Shown here: in pieces, positions 10,034-19,346 of the stretch
Numbering within the stretch: position 1 is the stretch's first letter
Layout: every line of letters starts with the position of its first letter
NCBI GenBank assembly: GCA_964644525.1
Contig: CAZXWC010000001.1
Coordinates: 7,489 to 71,488 of the forward strand
From: an uncultured Peptostreptococcaceae bacterium
GTDB taxonomy: Bacteria > Bacillota > Clostridia > Peptostreptococcales > BM714
Direction: 5' to 3'
DNA: 64,000 bases
Translations under genes and position numbers: made by a program
Notes under the pieces: generated by a model
Databases searched by the model: none
What the model was told of the DNA's origin: nothing
What the model saw: only the letters and a program-made list of their open reading frames with translations

Positions 10034-10067
10034 AAAAAATCTTAGTATCGCAATACTAAGATTTTTT
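10034..10067 (-). terminator. Rho-independent terminator of the 128-aa gene, abutting the methyltransferase start
   Basis: AAAAAATCTTAGTAT-CGCA-ATACTAAGATTTTTT. The stop codon of the 128-aa ORF lies inside the stem. Confidence 0.8.
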
Positions 10068-10442
10068 TACAATATACATTCCAGGACCGACCTTGCTTAC
10101 TCCATCCATGCTTTCCACTGTGCGATTCACAAGCAAATCGATGTCTTTGATTTTTGTGTCGATGCCTTTTTTCTTCAAATACTTCATGATTGTAAGCAAT
10201 CTTATTGGGTAAGTGCAGGGATTTTTGAAATAAGGATGCTTTTTTATCAAATGCTCTATCTTTTCAGACTCTTTTTCGTAATAACTTATGGTTTCATAGC
10301 TCAACAGATTCTCAACCTCTTCTATATAAGCCTCAAGTTTGCCTTTGTCGTCTTTTTTAATCAATTCTTTTATATCTCTTAAAAGCTTTTCAAACTTGAC
10401 CGGCTTGGAACTATCGCTTTTATCCGCTAGCGGAACTTCCAT
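10056..10442 (-). CDS. Hypothetical protein (128 aa)
   Basis: AGGAG SD 9 nt upstream. Charged helical N-half. The C-half (IRLLTIMKYLKKKGIDTKIKDIDLLVNRTV...VSKVGPGMYIV) looks like a winged-helix by eye. No family recognised. Confidence 0.6.
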   Translation of the reverse strand: MEVPLADKSDSSKPVKFEKLLRDIKELIKKDDKGKLEAYIEEVENLLSYETISYYEKESEKIEHLIKKHPYFKNPCTYPIRLLTIMKYLKKKGIDTKIKDIDLLVNRTVESMDGVSKVGPGMYIVKKS

Positions 10443-10496
10443 TTAATCATACTCCTTTCACAATCAATACAATACTACACTCAAATATTATTTCTG

Positions 10497-10676
10497 TCAA
10501 TCACAAAGAGACCTTTTGAAAAACATTATTATTGTCCTCCCGTTCACGGTCGGCACTGCTTCTACAAGCTCCCAGCCTTCGCCTCCAAGCCTGTTCATTA
10601 AGTCTTGGTCATTTTTTGACATAACAAGATTTGTAGTTCCTGCGGTCTTTATATGTTCTACTTTATATTCCCACAT
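10497..10676 (-). CDS. Small DUF4177-like protein (59 aa)
   Basis: MWEYKVEHIKTAGTTNLVMSKNDQDLMNRLGGEGWELVEAVP... AGGAGG SD immediately before ATG 10676. The ORF-track start at 10787 would lie inside the upstream gene. Confidence 0.65.
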   Translation of the reverse strand: MWEYKVEHIKTAGTTNLVMSKNDQDLMNRLGGEGWELVEAVPTVNGRTIIMFFKRSLCD

Positions 10677-10677
10677 T

Positions 10678-11595
10678 TCAATCCTCCTCTTCCAACAATT
10701 CTTCAACATTCTTGATGTGCGATTTTGAAAACACCACTTCATTTTCAAAAAAACCTTCAACCATAATTTTTGATCTATCGAGCTCATCTAATGAATTGCC
10801 GTTAAGAACGATTTTGTCTTTATAAACTTCCATTTCGCACAACAAATCATTTCCGTCAAGCAAGAGGTAATATTCAATTCCATTATCTCTGTCATCCAAA
10901 ATCAATGACTCCGTCTTCATTAATTTTTTCTGAAAGCGCTTTCTATCCTTAATTACATAAACAGCCGAATGTACTTCTACAGTCCCTTCTTCCTGCTTCA
11001 AATCAATATCGTCTATAATTTCAATCATTTTGTAAAAAATCCATTGGTTATTTTCAGCATAATTCTTGAATGATACATAACCTTTTATATTGCAATAAGA
11101 TTCGTACGCCTCCCTAAGTTTTCCCTTGACCGTTTCTGCAATCTTTCGATCAACTACGGCCGACAGGTGTCCGCTTGCGTAAAAACCACCATCCATAGGA
11201 AATATGCGCCCTATTAAAATATCTCCTTTTTTTAAATTACCTCCCGACTTAAGCTCGATTTTTTGTCCGCTTATTATATCATTTAACACCGAGGCTTTAT
11301 CTATTGCGACATCGATTGCTTCACAAACTTTCATTTCGGAATGCATCCAGCCATTAAGTACAGCATCCTCATCTTCCGAAATATCCTTGTTTCCCTCAAG
11401 AAATACTTCCAGCAAGCTTTTTTCCCCCAGCCTGACATTGAATATGCTCCACTTGTCAAATCCTGACAGACTTCCTATATTCCTTTCATAAAGGCTTTGG
11501 AAATCAGCAATTTGACCCTTGCCAGCCTCAACACCGTAAACATACACATCGTCAAGCAATTTTTCTTCAATCTCAACTAATTTATAATAATCCAA
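10678..11595 (-). CDS. Hypothetical protein (305 aa)
   Basis: Long clean ORF, acidic, ends EELLEEED. Translationally coupled to the DUF4177-like gene. No recognisable motif. Confidence 0.6.
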   Translation of the reverse strand: MDYYKLVEIEEKLLDDVYVYGVEAGKGQIADFQSLYERNIGSLSGFDKWSIFNVRLGEKSLLEVFLEGNKDISEDEDAVLNGWMHSEMKVCEAIDVAIDKASVLNDIISGQKIELKSGGNLKKGDILIGRIFPMDGGFYASGHLSAVVDRKIAETVKGKLREAYESYCNIKGYVSFKNYAENNQWIFYKMIEIIDDIDLKQEEGTVEVHSAVYVIKDRKRFQKKLMKTESLILDDRDNGIEYYLLLDGNDLLCEMEVYKDKIVLNGNSLDELDRSKIMVEGFFENEVVFSKSHIKNVEELLEEED

Positions 11596-11647
11596 TATGA
11601 CACCTCTTTCTTTATTTATGTTATCATCTTCTTAAGGAGTGATACTT

Positions 11648-12886
11648 ATGACAACTTTAAAAATATATAATAAAAATCCTTACATAAAGGAATTTCAGGC
11701 AAATATAACAAAAATCGATCAAAAACCGGGCAAAGAAGTCCATATAAAACTGAATCAAACAGCCTTCTACCCTGAAGGCGGCGGACAGCCATGCGATCTT
11801 GGCTTCATTGGTAATTTTCAAGTAAAAAATGTTTTTGCGGAAAGTGGCGATATTTTCCACGTTATCGACGGAATTCCAAAGCAATTCGAAAATTTATCGT
11901 GCCGCATAGATTGGAAACGTCGTTTCGACTTCATGCAGCAACATCTCGGGCAACATATACTTTCCGCTTCTCTTGAAAAGCTTTTTGAAGCAAAAACAAT
12001 AGGCTTCCATCTTACAGAAGACAAGCTCACAATCGACACAGACAAACCATTGGACGCAGGCGATATTGGCCGTGTTGAATATTTTGCTAACCAGATAGTT
12101 TTCGGCAATCTATCCGTTAAAACGCACCATCCCTCAAGCGAATCGGAACTTTCCTCATTTCCTTTGAGAAAAGATACGGCAGGCTATTCTAATCCCCGTA
12201 TAGTTGAAATTGACCAATTCGATTTCTCACCATGCGGCGGCACGCATCCAAAACACACCGGTGAAGTTGGAATAATAAAGATAAAGAATTATTCCACGCA
12301 CCGGCAAGGGCTTCGTATTGAATTTGTTTGCGGAAACCGCGCTTTAAAAGATTATGCCGAAAAAACATCCTTGTTGTCAAGCCTAAAATCCGAACTCTCC
12401 TGCAATGAAAAGGATTTGCATTCCCGGTTTACAGGAATGAAAGACGAACTCAAGGAAATTTCCGCCAAAAATAAAAAAAGTTCTGAAAAGCTGCTTGATT
12501 ATCAGATTGAAGACTTGCTCGCAAAAAGCCGGTTCCACAATAAGCATCGTCTTGTTTCAAATATTTTTGAAACCAACAACTTGAAAGATGCAAGTGTTTT
12601 GACATCAAAAATACTAAAACGCGATCCTTCATCGATACTCATTCTTGCATGTCCAGACAAGGAGTTTACAACCCTTATTTTGGCATCTTCCCCATCAGAA
12701 AATCCATTGAACCTCAACATTGTATTAAACGGCCTTCTTGAAAAATACAAAGGAAGAGGAGGCGGAAAAGCCCACCATGCACAGGGAATAGTAGACCGCA
12801 CAATCCCTCCTGAGCAACTTCTTCACATCTTGCAAAGCAAAATAGCTTTGGAATTGGAAAAATTACAAAGCAAGCAAAGTCAATGA
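11648..12886 (+). CDS. alaX: Alanyl-tRNA editing protein AlaX-L type (tRNA_SAD plus DHHA1-like C-terminus)
   Basis: Zinc/editing motifs HLGQH and CGGTH. C-terminal GGGKAHHAQG. The AGGAG SD is 8 nt before ATG 11648 (ORF-track GTG 11639 overlaps the SD). Confidence 0.8.
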   Translation: MTTLKIYNKNPYIKEFQANITKIDQKPGKEVHIKLNQTAFYPEGGGQPCDLGFIGNFQVKNVFAESGDIFHVIDGIPKQFENLSCRIDWKRRFDFMQQHLGQHILSASLEKLFEAKTIGFHLTEDKLTIDTDKPLDAGDIGRVEYFANQIVFGNLSVKTHHPSSESELSSFPLRKDTAGYSNPRIVEIDQFDFSPCGGTHPKHTGEVGIIKIKNYSTHRQGLRIEFVCGNRALKDYAEKTSLLSSLKSELSCNEKDLHSRFTGMKDELKEISAKNKKSSEKLLDYQIEDLLAKSRFHNKHRLVSNIFETNNLKDASVLTSKILKRDPSSILILACPDKEFTTLILASSPSENPLNLNIVLNGLLEKYKGRGGGKAHHAQGIVDRTIPPEQLLHILQSKIALELEKLQSKQSQ

Positions 12887-12897
12887 CTTGAGCCAAA

Positions 12898-12930
12898 GCA
12901 ACCGGAAATGAAAACCGGTTGCTTTTTATT
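12898..12930. terminator. Bidirectional Rho-independent terminator
   Basis: GCAACCGG-N9-CCGGTTGC followed by TTTTTATTTT, between convergent genes. Confidence 0.8.
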
Positions 12931-13813
12931 TTATTCTGAAAAGCAGTCTATTTTTGTCCATTCTAGCGACAGCCATGCCCTGCTTGCACAAATGGCTAAG
13001 ATGTGCAGATATTGTCGTTCTATTCAAAAAATACTGTCCTATATTCATTGAGACGCCAAGGGTTTCCATGGATGATATCAACAGTTCCTCCAATGATGCC
13101 GGCTCGGCCATTGCATCAAGCAATATCAGATTGACCCTGTTTATCGCATTCCTGTTTTTTTCTATCAAATCTTTCAGCCCATCTCCTCCGCAAATATCTC
13201 CATGGCTTGGCACAAAATACTTGGAATTAGAATTTTCAAGAAAATCGAGTGTCTCCAGATGACCCGTTATATCCGATGAATACATCAGTTTGTATTTTTC
13301 AATTATCTTGTTGGAGAAAAAAGCATCTCCTGTAAAAAAAACTCCTTCCTCTGTTTTAAAACCAACCATTCCCGGGCTGTGTCCCTTCAAGTCAACAATT
13401 TCAACCCTTCTTCCTGCAAAATTCAGATGACTTGAATCAAAAATTTCGCAAGAACATTCCTTTGCCATTAAAAACTTATTCTTAAGAACATTCAGCGGCT
13501 CCGCGCCGTAAAGGTAGAAAGGTTCCATTATGTTGTTGTTTATCATGGCCGCCTCGATTTTAGACGATATTACCCGGCATCCGGTCTTTTTCTGCAAATA
13601 ATGGTTGCCTCCCCAATGATCTGCATGCGAATGGGTGTTGCAGATAGCTTTAATATTCAATCCTTCCCCTTCAAGCGCCTTGTAAATCTTTTTGGCCTTG
13701 TCAGTGTCGTTTCCGGAATCAATCAAAATCGCTTCTTTTCCTTCAATTAGAACGCCTATATTCGTAGGGCTTTTTAAATAATGGGCAAATCCACTTATCT
13801 TCTGAAGCTTCAT
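12926..13813 (-). CDS. MBL-fold metallo-hydrolase
   Basis: 295 aa with an HSHADHWGG metal-binding motif. ATGA overlap with the upstream dehydrogenase gene. Confidence 0.8.
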   Translation of the reverse strand: MKLQKISGFAHYLKSPTNIGVLIEGKEAILIDSGNDTDKAKKIYKALEGEGLNIKAICNTHSHADHWGGNHYLQKKTGCRVISSKIEAAMINNNIMEPFYLYGAEPLNVLKNKFLMAKECSCEIFDSSHLNFAGRRVEIVDLKGHSPGMVGFKTEEGVFFTGDAFFSNKIIEKYKLMYSSDITGHLETLDFLENSNSKYFVPSHGDICGGDGLKDLIEKNRNAINRVNLILLDAMAEPASLEELLISSMETLGVSMNIGQYFLNRTTISAHLSHLCKQGMAVARMDKNRLLFRIK

Positions 13814-14781
13814 TTCTTCACCCCGTTTATGCCTGTAAGCGGAAGTCCTCCATTTAATACAGAAATAATGTTTTCAGCTGCAATGTCAGCCATTCTGCTC
13901 CTTGTCTCACTGGTCGCGCTTCCCAGATGGGGACAAAGAACTGCGTTTTCGAGCAATGAAAGGCCATCTGCAAGCTTCGGCTCATCTTCATACACATCAA
14001 GGCCGGCGCCGGCTATAACAGCATTTTCAAGCGCTGCGACCAGTGCTTTCTCATCTACGACAGGTCCTCTTGATGTATTTATAAGTATGCTTGTTTTTTT
14101 CATTGATTCAAGCGCATCGCCGTCAATCATATGGTATGTTTCTTTTCCCAAAGGGACATGTACACTCACTATATCTGATTTGGCAAGTAATTTTTTAAAA
14201 GAAAGATATTTTGCCCCCAAATTTTCAACATCTCTCTTTCTGCTTCTGTTGTAATAGACAATATCCATTCCAAATCCAACAGCCCTTTTAACAACAGCTT
14301 TACCTATCCTTCCAGCCCCTATAATCCCCAAGGTTTTTCCCGAAACGCTTCTGCCCAGCATAAATTCGGGACCCCATCCCTTGTAAAGACCGTTTCTTGT
14401 GAGCCTATCCGCCTCGGGAATACGCCTGGCCACAGCAAGAATCAGTGCAAAGGCCATATCAGCCGTATCGTCTGTAAGCACATCGGGCGTATTGCTAAGG
14501 TATACACCCCTCTCAGTAGCAGCTTCTATATCCATATTGTTATATCCGACTGCATAATTTGCTATTATTTCAACTCCGCCCGCAGCATCCAAAAGATTTC
14601 CGTCAACCCTATCCGAAAGCATAGTTATTATTCCATGTTTCCCCTTTGCCTCTTCAAGCAACTCCTCATAGGTAAGATTCCTGTCCAAAGGGTTGTATGT
14701 AAAATCAAATTGTTCATTTAGCCTCTCCATTGACATTCCAGGTAATTTTCGACTTGAAAAAACTTTTTTTCTTTTATTCAA
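13810..14781 (-). CDS. D-isomer-specific 2-hydroxyacid dehydrogenase (glyoxylate/hydroxypyruvate reductase-like)
   Basis: GIIGAGRIGKAV NAD-binding fold and a family-typical C-terminus (PHLGSAT). Likely TTG start at 14781 behind GGAGGTGG; the ORF-track ATG 14796 overlaps that SD. Confidence 0.85.
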   Translation of the reverse strand: MNKRKKVFSSRKLPGMSMERLNEQFDFTYNPLDRNLTYEELLEEAKGKHGIITMLSDRVDGNLLDAAGGVEIIANYAVGYNNMDIEAATERGVYLSNTPDVLTDDTADMAFALILAVARRIPEADRLTRNGLYKGWGPEFMLGRSVSGKTLGIIGAGRIGKAVVKRAVGFGMDIVYYNRSRKRDVENLGAKYLSFKKLLAKSDIVSVHVPLGKETYHMIDGDALESMKKTSILINTSRGPVVDEKALVAALENAVIAGAGLDVYEDEPKLADGLSLLENAVLCPHLGSATSETRSRMADIAAENIISVLNGGLPLTGINGVKK

Positions 14782-14901
14782 ACAAACCACCTCCATAATA
14801 AAAATTATAGCACAAAGCTAGTATGCCCGATTACATTTTTAAATATTGCACTTGGTTAAAGGCGGGCAAACATGATAAAATAGTTTGGAAAGGGTGATAA
14901 A

Positions 14902-15480
14902 ATGACTATTTTTTATGCAATTGCAATAGGGTACGTCTTGGGCGCTATCCCATTTTCGTTTGTTGTCGGAAAATATTATGGGAAAATAGACATAAGAACT
15001 ACAGGAAGCGGAAACTCAGGGGCAACAAATGTATTCAGGTCCCTAGGTAAAAAAGCCGCGGCAATGGCTTTTGCCGGAGACTTCCTAAAAGGCGTTGCCG
15101 CAGTATTGGTTGGAATGGCTCTTTGGGACTACGATTATGGAATACTTGCAGGCGCAGGAGCCATATTGGGACATTGCTACCCTGCTACATTGAAATTCAA
15201 AGGCGGAAAAGGCGTTGCCACGTCGGCAGGTGTTTTGCTGGCATTGAATCCTATGCTAATTATCTATCTCTTCCCGGTTTATGTGATTCTTTTGAAGATT
15301 TCCAAGATTGTTTCGCTTTCCTCCATAATAATCGCGGCGGTTACCCCCATATTAAGCTACTTCATGGGAATGCCAGACAACTTCCTCAGGTTCGCGCTTG
15401 TAGCCTCTCTTTTTGTCATCTACAGGCACAAGTCGAACATACAAAGGCTTCTTGCAGGTGAAGAGAAAAAAACAATATAA
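14902..15480 (+). CDS. plsY: Glycerol-3-phosphate acyltransferase PlsY
   Basis: 192 aa membrane protein with GSGNSGATNVFR and KGGKGVAT motifs. Confidence 0.93.
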   Translation: MTIFYAIAIGYVLGAIPFSFVVGKYYGKIDIRTTGSGNSGATNVFRSLGKKAAAMAFAGDFLKGVAAVLVGMALWDYDYGILAGAGAILGHCYPATLKFKGGKGVATSAGVLLALNPMLIIYLFPVYVILLKISKIVSLSSIIIAAVTPILSYFMGMPDNFLRFALVASLFVIYRHKSNIQRLLAGEEKKTI

Positions 15481-15490
15481 AATGCGCATC

Positions 15491-15521
15491 AAAAAAGGAT
15501 TCCTTAGGGAATCCTTTTTTT
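15491..15521 (+). terminator. Rho-independent terminator of plsY
   Basis: AAAAAAGGATTCC-TTAG-GGAATCCTTTTTT. Confidence 0.85.
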
Positions 15522-15528
15522 AAACATA

Positions 15529-15626
15529 TGGCGGGAACGTGTGGGAATCGAACCCACCCAGCGTACTACTAATACGCCGCAACTGGTTTTGAAGACCAGA
15601 GGGCACACCAGCACCCATCCGCTCCC
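15529..15626 (-). tRNA. selC: tRNA-Sec (anticodon UCA), 98 nt with encoded CCA
   Basis: Hand fold of the reverse complement GGGAGCGG..CUGGU-CUUCAAA-ACCAG..GUGGGUUCGAUUCCCAC..CCA. It has a 6-bp D-stem with a 4-nt loop, a UCA anticodon in a 7-nt loop, a long variable arm and an extended acceptor. It lies directly downstream of selB. Confidence 0.9.
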
Positions 15627-15704
15627 GTATTCATGACTCGATTCAAAATTATATCACAAGTGGATCGCTTTTGGAATATTATTTTTCCCTTTCTATCCAT
15701 TTAA

Positions 15705-17600
15705 TCAAAAAGGAATTCTTCTATTTCCGTCCCTCTTGGTTATTTTAGAGTTGTCATAATGCTCAAGCAAGGCAATCGCATATTTTCGCGATAAATTAAA
15801 AGCTTCCTTGAATTCTTTAAGGCTTATGAACCCTTGTTCCGTAAGTATTTCACGAACCTTTTCAAGTATTCTGTCGTATGTAGCCTTCGAATAGTACAAT
15901 TCCTCATCAACCTTTACAATCGCACCTTCCTGAAGCAAGTATTCGAAAACGGGCATTTCCTTTTTGCCTATTCCCAACCTTGCCTTTATTGTCGTGAAAT
16001 TGTCTGGTGTAAGGCCCGCCCCATCATAGTATTCAATCAATTTCCCGGCTAATTTTGAATCCTTTTCCCCCAATACTATTTTGAAGTTTTTAAGCCTTAC
16101 AACATGCCCTTCAGCTACTAAAGACCCGCCTGCAGTCATTTTTGAAAGAAGATGTTCAAATATATATCCATTTCTACCACCCAACAACTTATTTTTAAAT
16201 TCCTCTTTTGGGATGCCATTCCTGTATGGATTTCCCCTATGGTATTCATTTGCTATCCTAAGAGCCTTTTCCTCAACGGCCTCGAAACTTTGAACATGCA
16301 TGTATGATTCATTCATGCGGTATATGCACCCTTCATCAAGCAGTTCATATATGAATGACTCAACTTCATCCTTTTGTAATCCGGTGGACTTTTGAATTTC
16401 CTGCATGTCAATAAAATGCTCCGGAACACTTCTTATCAGCTGCTCGATTATGTCCTTCTTATTTCCCCCGCTCTTTAATTCCAGGGCATCAATAGTATCT
16501 TCATTGAATCTTTTATGTTTTCGGGGATTGGCGTCTATTACTTCCCCTCCACCAACAGTTTCAAGCGGAGAATAATACCTTACAACAAAATGATCTCCAT
16601 ACTTGAAAGCGTGTGTCTTCTCAAGCCTGAGTTGCGCGAAACATGTTTCTCCCGGTTCAAGAACTTCCCGATCGAGCAATACAAGTCGGCAAAGTATTTC
16701 AGCCGATCCATGGTAGAGTCTCAATCTAGTCCAGTTTTCCAATCTTCTTTTTTCATCTTTTGTAAGAGAAAGCTTTACGTCGAGCATCATGGTGTTTTCC
16801 ATCGAATCGATTTCGGCAATTACCTCTCCCCTGTACAATTCGTTTTTCTTAAGGCCCGCGATATTGAGGGCCGCTCTCTGTCCGGCATATACCCTGTCCA
16901 CATCTTCCCCGTGAACTTGTATGTTTCTTACCTTTGCCTTTTTCATGCTTGGATAAACAACAAGCATATCACTTTTTTTTATTGAACCCTCCATTAGCGT
17001 GCCAGTTATTATAGTTCCATAACCTGTAAGACTGAAAACCCTGTCAATAGGTATTCTAGCCGGCTTAGCATAATCTCTTTCCCCCACATACTCACTCATT
17101 TCATCAAGCTTTTCAACAAGGTTTCCTATTCCCCTGCCGCTTATTGAATCAACTTCCATAATCTTAGAATCCTCAAGGAGTGTCCCCTCAACCTGACTTG
17201 ACACATCTTCCTTTACCAGTTCCAGCCATTCCTGATCTACCATGTCGCATTTTGTAAGCACAATAAACCCTTTAGGTATGTCCAAAAAGCTGAGTATGTC
17301 CATATGTTCCTTTGTCTGAGGCATTATTCCCTCGTCCGCTGCGACAACAAGAACCACTATGTCCATTCCTATTACACCTGCAAGCATGTTCTTAATAAAC
17401 TTTTCATGCCCTGGGACATCAATTATGCCAGCTCTTTTGCCTCCGGGCAAATCAAAGTAAGTGAATCCCAAATCAATAGTGATTCCTCTTTTTTTCTCTT
17501 CTTGAAGACGATCGGTGTCTCTTCCTGTCATAGCTTTTATAAGGGTGGTTTTACCATGATCAATATGACCTGCCGTCCCTATTATGACATGCTTCATCAT
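15705..17600 (-). CDS. selB: Selenocysteine-specific translation elongation factor SelB
   Basis: 631 aa. GTPase N-terminus ([20 protein letters not shown]) plus a long winged-helix C-terminal extension. 4-nt overlap with selA. Confidence 0.92.
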   Translation of the reverse strand: MMKHVIIGTAGHIDHGKTTLIKAMTGRDTDRLQEEKKRGITIDLGFTYFDLPGGKRAGIIDVPGHEKFIKNMLAGVIGMDIVVLVVAADEGIMPQTKEHMDILSFLDIPKGFIVLTKCDMVDQEWLELVKEDVSSQVEGTLLEDSKIMEVDSISGRGIGNLVEKLDEMSEYVGERDYAKPARIPIDRVFSLTGYGTIITGTLMEGSIKKSDMLVVYPSMKKAKVRNIQVHGEDVDRVYAGQRAALNIAGLKKNELYRGEVIAEIDSMENTMMLDVKLSLTKDEKRRLENWTRLRLYHGSAEILCRLVLLDREVLEPGETCFAQLRLEKTHAFKYGDHFVVRYYSPLETVGGGEVIDANPRKHKRFNEDTIDALELKSGGNKKDIIEQLIRSVPEHFIDMQEIQKSTGLQKDEVESFIYELLDEGCIYRMNESYMHVQSFEAVEEKALRIANEYHRGNPYRNGIPKEEFKNKLLGGRNGYIFEHLLSKMTAGGSLVAEGHVVRLKNFKIVLGEKDSKLAGKLIEYYDGAGLTPDNFTTIKARLGIGKKEMPVFEYLLQEGAIVKVDEELYYSKATYDRILEKVREILTEQGFISLKEFKEAFNLSRKYAIALLEHYDNSKITKRDGNRRIPF

Positions 17601-19015
17601 ACATCAATCCCTTCTTTCAAGTTTCCAAACGCCTCTGCCACGTAATCGAATTGACTGTCTAGGATGGTTCTCACATCCAAAACTACTTTTTCATCATTTA
17701 TCCTTGCAATTACAGGCGGACTGTTCTTTCTCAAACCGCTTTCAATCCTGGACGATGAAAGTTTCCCGCTTCTTACGGACACCAAATGCGCGGGCAAGCT
17801 CTCAAGTGGCATGGAACCTCCTCCAACCTGTGATTGACCCTCTTCAACATAAACTTCAAAATCCGGGGCACTTCTTTTTATCATTTCAGCCAAGCTGGAC
17901 GCCCTGGACTTTAAAGAATCCGCCGATGCGGTTAAAAACTTCAATGTCGGTATATTTTCAAGCGCCTCTTCCTGATCAAGATAATGCCTGAAAGTCGCCT
18001 CGAGCCCGGCCAAAGTCATTTTATCCACCCTGAAGGCTCTTGTAAAAGGATTCTTTTTCATTTCGTCAAGATATTTCTTCTTGCCCACTATTATCCCTGC
18101 CTGGGGTCCACCGAGCATTTTATCCCCGCTGAAAGTAACAACATCAGCATAACGCACCGCTTCCTGAACTGTAGGTTCTCCCACCATTCCATATTTTGAA
18201 AAATCTATCAAAGTTCCGCTTCCTATATCTTCCAAAACTGGTATACCCGTTTTTTCGCCTGTTCCAGCCAATTCCCATACAGGAACTTCCTCTGTAAATC
18301 CGAGTATTCTGTAATTGCTTGTATGGACCTTTAGCAATACTCCGGTATTTTCGTTTATGTTTTCTTCATAATCCCTCAAGTGGGTCTTGTTGGTCGTCCC
18401 GACTTCTCTCAGTATGGCGCCGCTCTGCCTCATAACATCTGGAACTCTGAAGGAACCTCCTATTTCCACCAACTGTCCCCGTGATACTATCGCTTCCTTT
18501 CCTTCAGACAAGGTATTCAACGCAAGCAAAACAGCGGCCGCATTGTTGTTTACAACAAAAGCCGACTCAGCCCCGGTAATTTTACAAATTATCTCCTCAA
18601 TATGGCTGTACCTCAAGCCTCTCTTTCCGCATTTCAAATCGTATTCGAGAGTGGAATAGTTTGCAGCCACCTGCTTTATCCTATCAACGGCTTTTTCGCT
18701 CAATAGCGCCCTTCCAAGATTTGTATGCAAAACAACGCCCGTGCAATTTATGACTGGACGCAAATTGTACTCGCTTTTCCTTGCAATATTTTCTACTGCA
18801 CAGGACAAAATCTTTTCCCTCAAATCTTTAGCATTCGATTCCTCGATATTTCCTTCAATTATGTTTTTTCTGGCATTTTCGATAGCTTCCCTTATGGATT
18901 CCAACACCAAGGTCCTTGAAGTCACTAAAAGCTTTTCCTTTATAGCATCATTCCCCAAAAGATCGTCAACCTTGGGAAGGTATCTCAACAATGCATTCCG
19001 GTTCAAATTTATCAC
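17597..19015 (-). CDS. selA: L-seryl-tRNA(Sec) selenium transferase SelA
   Basis: About 470 aa. N-terminus ...NRNALLRYLPKVDDLL resembles SelA N-termini, and the PLP-lysine region FSGDKMLGGPQAG is present. The start is either GTG 19015 or, more likely, TTG 19006 behind GGGGTGAT. Confidence 0.9.
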   Translation of the reverse strand: MINLNRNALLRYLPKVDDLLGNDAIKEKLLVTSRTLVLESIREAIENARKNIIEGNIEESNAKDLREKILSCAVENIARKSEYNLRPVINCTGVVLHTNLGRALLSEKAVDRIKQVAANYSTLEYDLKCGKRGLRYSHIEEIICKITGAESAFVVNNNAAAVLLALNTLSEGKEAIVSRGQLVEIGGSFRVPDVMRQSGAILREVGTTNKTHLRDYEENINENTGVLLKVHTSNYRILGFTEEVPVWELAGTGEKTGIPVLEDIGSGTLIDFSKYGMVGEPTVQEAVRYADVVTFSGDKMLGGPQAGIIVGKKKYLDEMKKNPFTRAFRVDKMTLAGLEATFRHYLDQEEALENIPTLKFLTASADSLKSRASSLAEMIKRSAPDFEVYVEEGQSQVGGGSMPLESLPAHLVSVRSGKLSSSRIESGLRKNSPPVIARINDEKVVLDVRTILDSQFDYVAEAFGNLKEGIDV

Positions 19016-19105
19016 CCCACATAAATTCTTTTCATTCTAGTAAATTATAACACAATACAACAATTTTTCTATTTTATCATTTTAAATTGTATTTTTAGAT
19101 TTGCC

Positions 19106-19133
19106 CGAAATTTTGAAATTATCCAAAATTTCG
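19106..19133. repeat. Perfect 10-bp inverted repeat CGAAATTTTG-N8-CAAAATTTCG in the selA / symporter divergent intergenic region
   Basis: Read directly from sequence. It lies about 20 nt upstream of the -35 box of the symporter promoter, so it may be an operator. Confidence 0.5.
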
Positions 19134-19152
19134 CATTTTTAAAAATAAATCC

Positions 19153-19181
19153 TTGAAAAATAATTGAATTATATCTATAAT
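19153..19181 (+). promoter_or_regulatory. Sigma-A type promoter of the AGCS symporter gene
   Basis: TTGAAA, 17-nt spacer, TATAAT. It predicts a 5' UTR of about 160 nt. Confidence 0.6.
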
Positions 19182-19282
19182 TTAATTGATACAGGGATTA
19201 TTTTGAAAATTCACACTTGTTGTTATTTTATTAGCAAACCTGTATACATTCAACGTAAAGGGGGAATAAATATTATTTGAGC

Positions 19283-19317
19283 ATCTTAAGTATTTTTTAG
19301 GTATTTAAGATTTTTTT
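19283..19317 (+). promoter_or_regulatory. Terminator-like AU-rich hairpin inside the symporter 5' UTR (candidate attenuator)
   Basis: ATCTTAAGTA-N9-TATTTAAGAT (10 bp including one G-U) followed by TTTTTT, 30 nt before the start codon. Confidence 0.3.
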
Positions 19318-19346
19318 ATTTCAACCAAAAAAGGGGGACTTATTTA

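Noticed and set aside
19106-19133. Perfect palindrome as a Rho-independent terminator.
   Set aside because: No gene on either strand ends upstream of it, since selA and the symporter diverge from this region. An operator-type site is therefore more plausible than a terminator.
19016-19346. Glycine riboswitch upstream of the alanine/glycine symporter.
   Set aside because: I could not find the conserved GGAGAG...CACCG...type cores of glycine aptamers. The region is extremely AT-rich. It is reported only as an unclassified structured leader.
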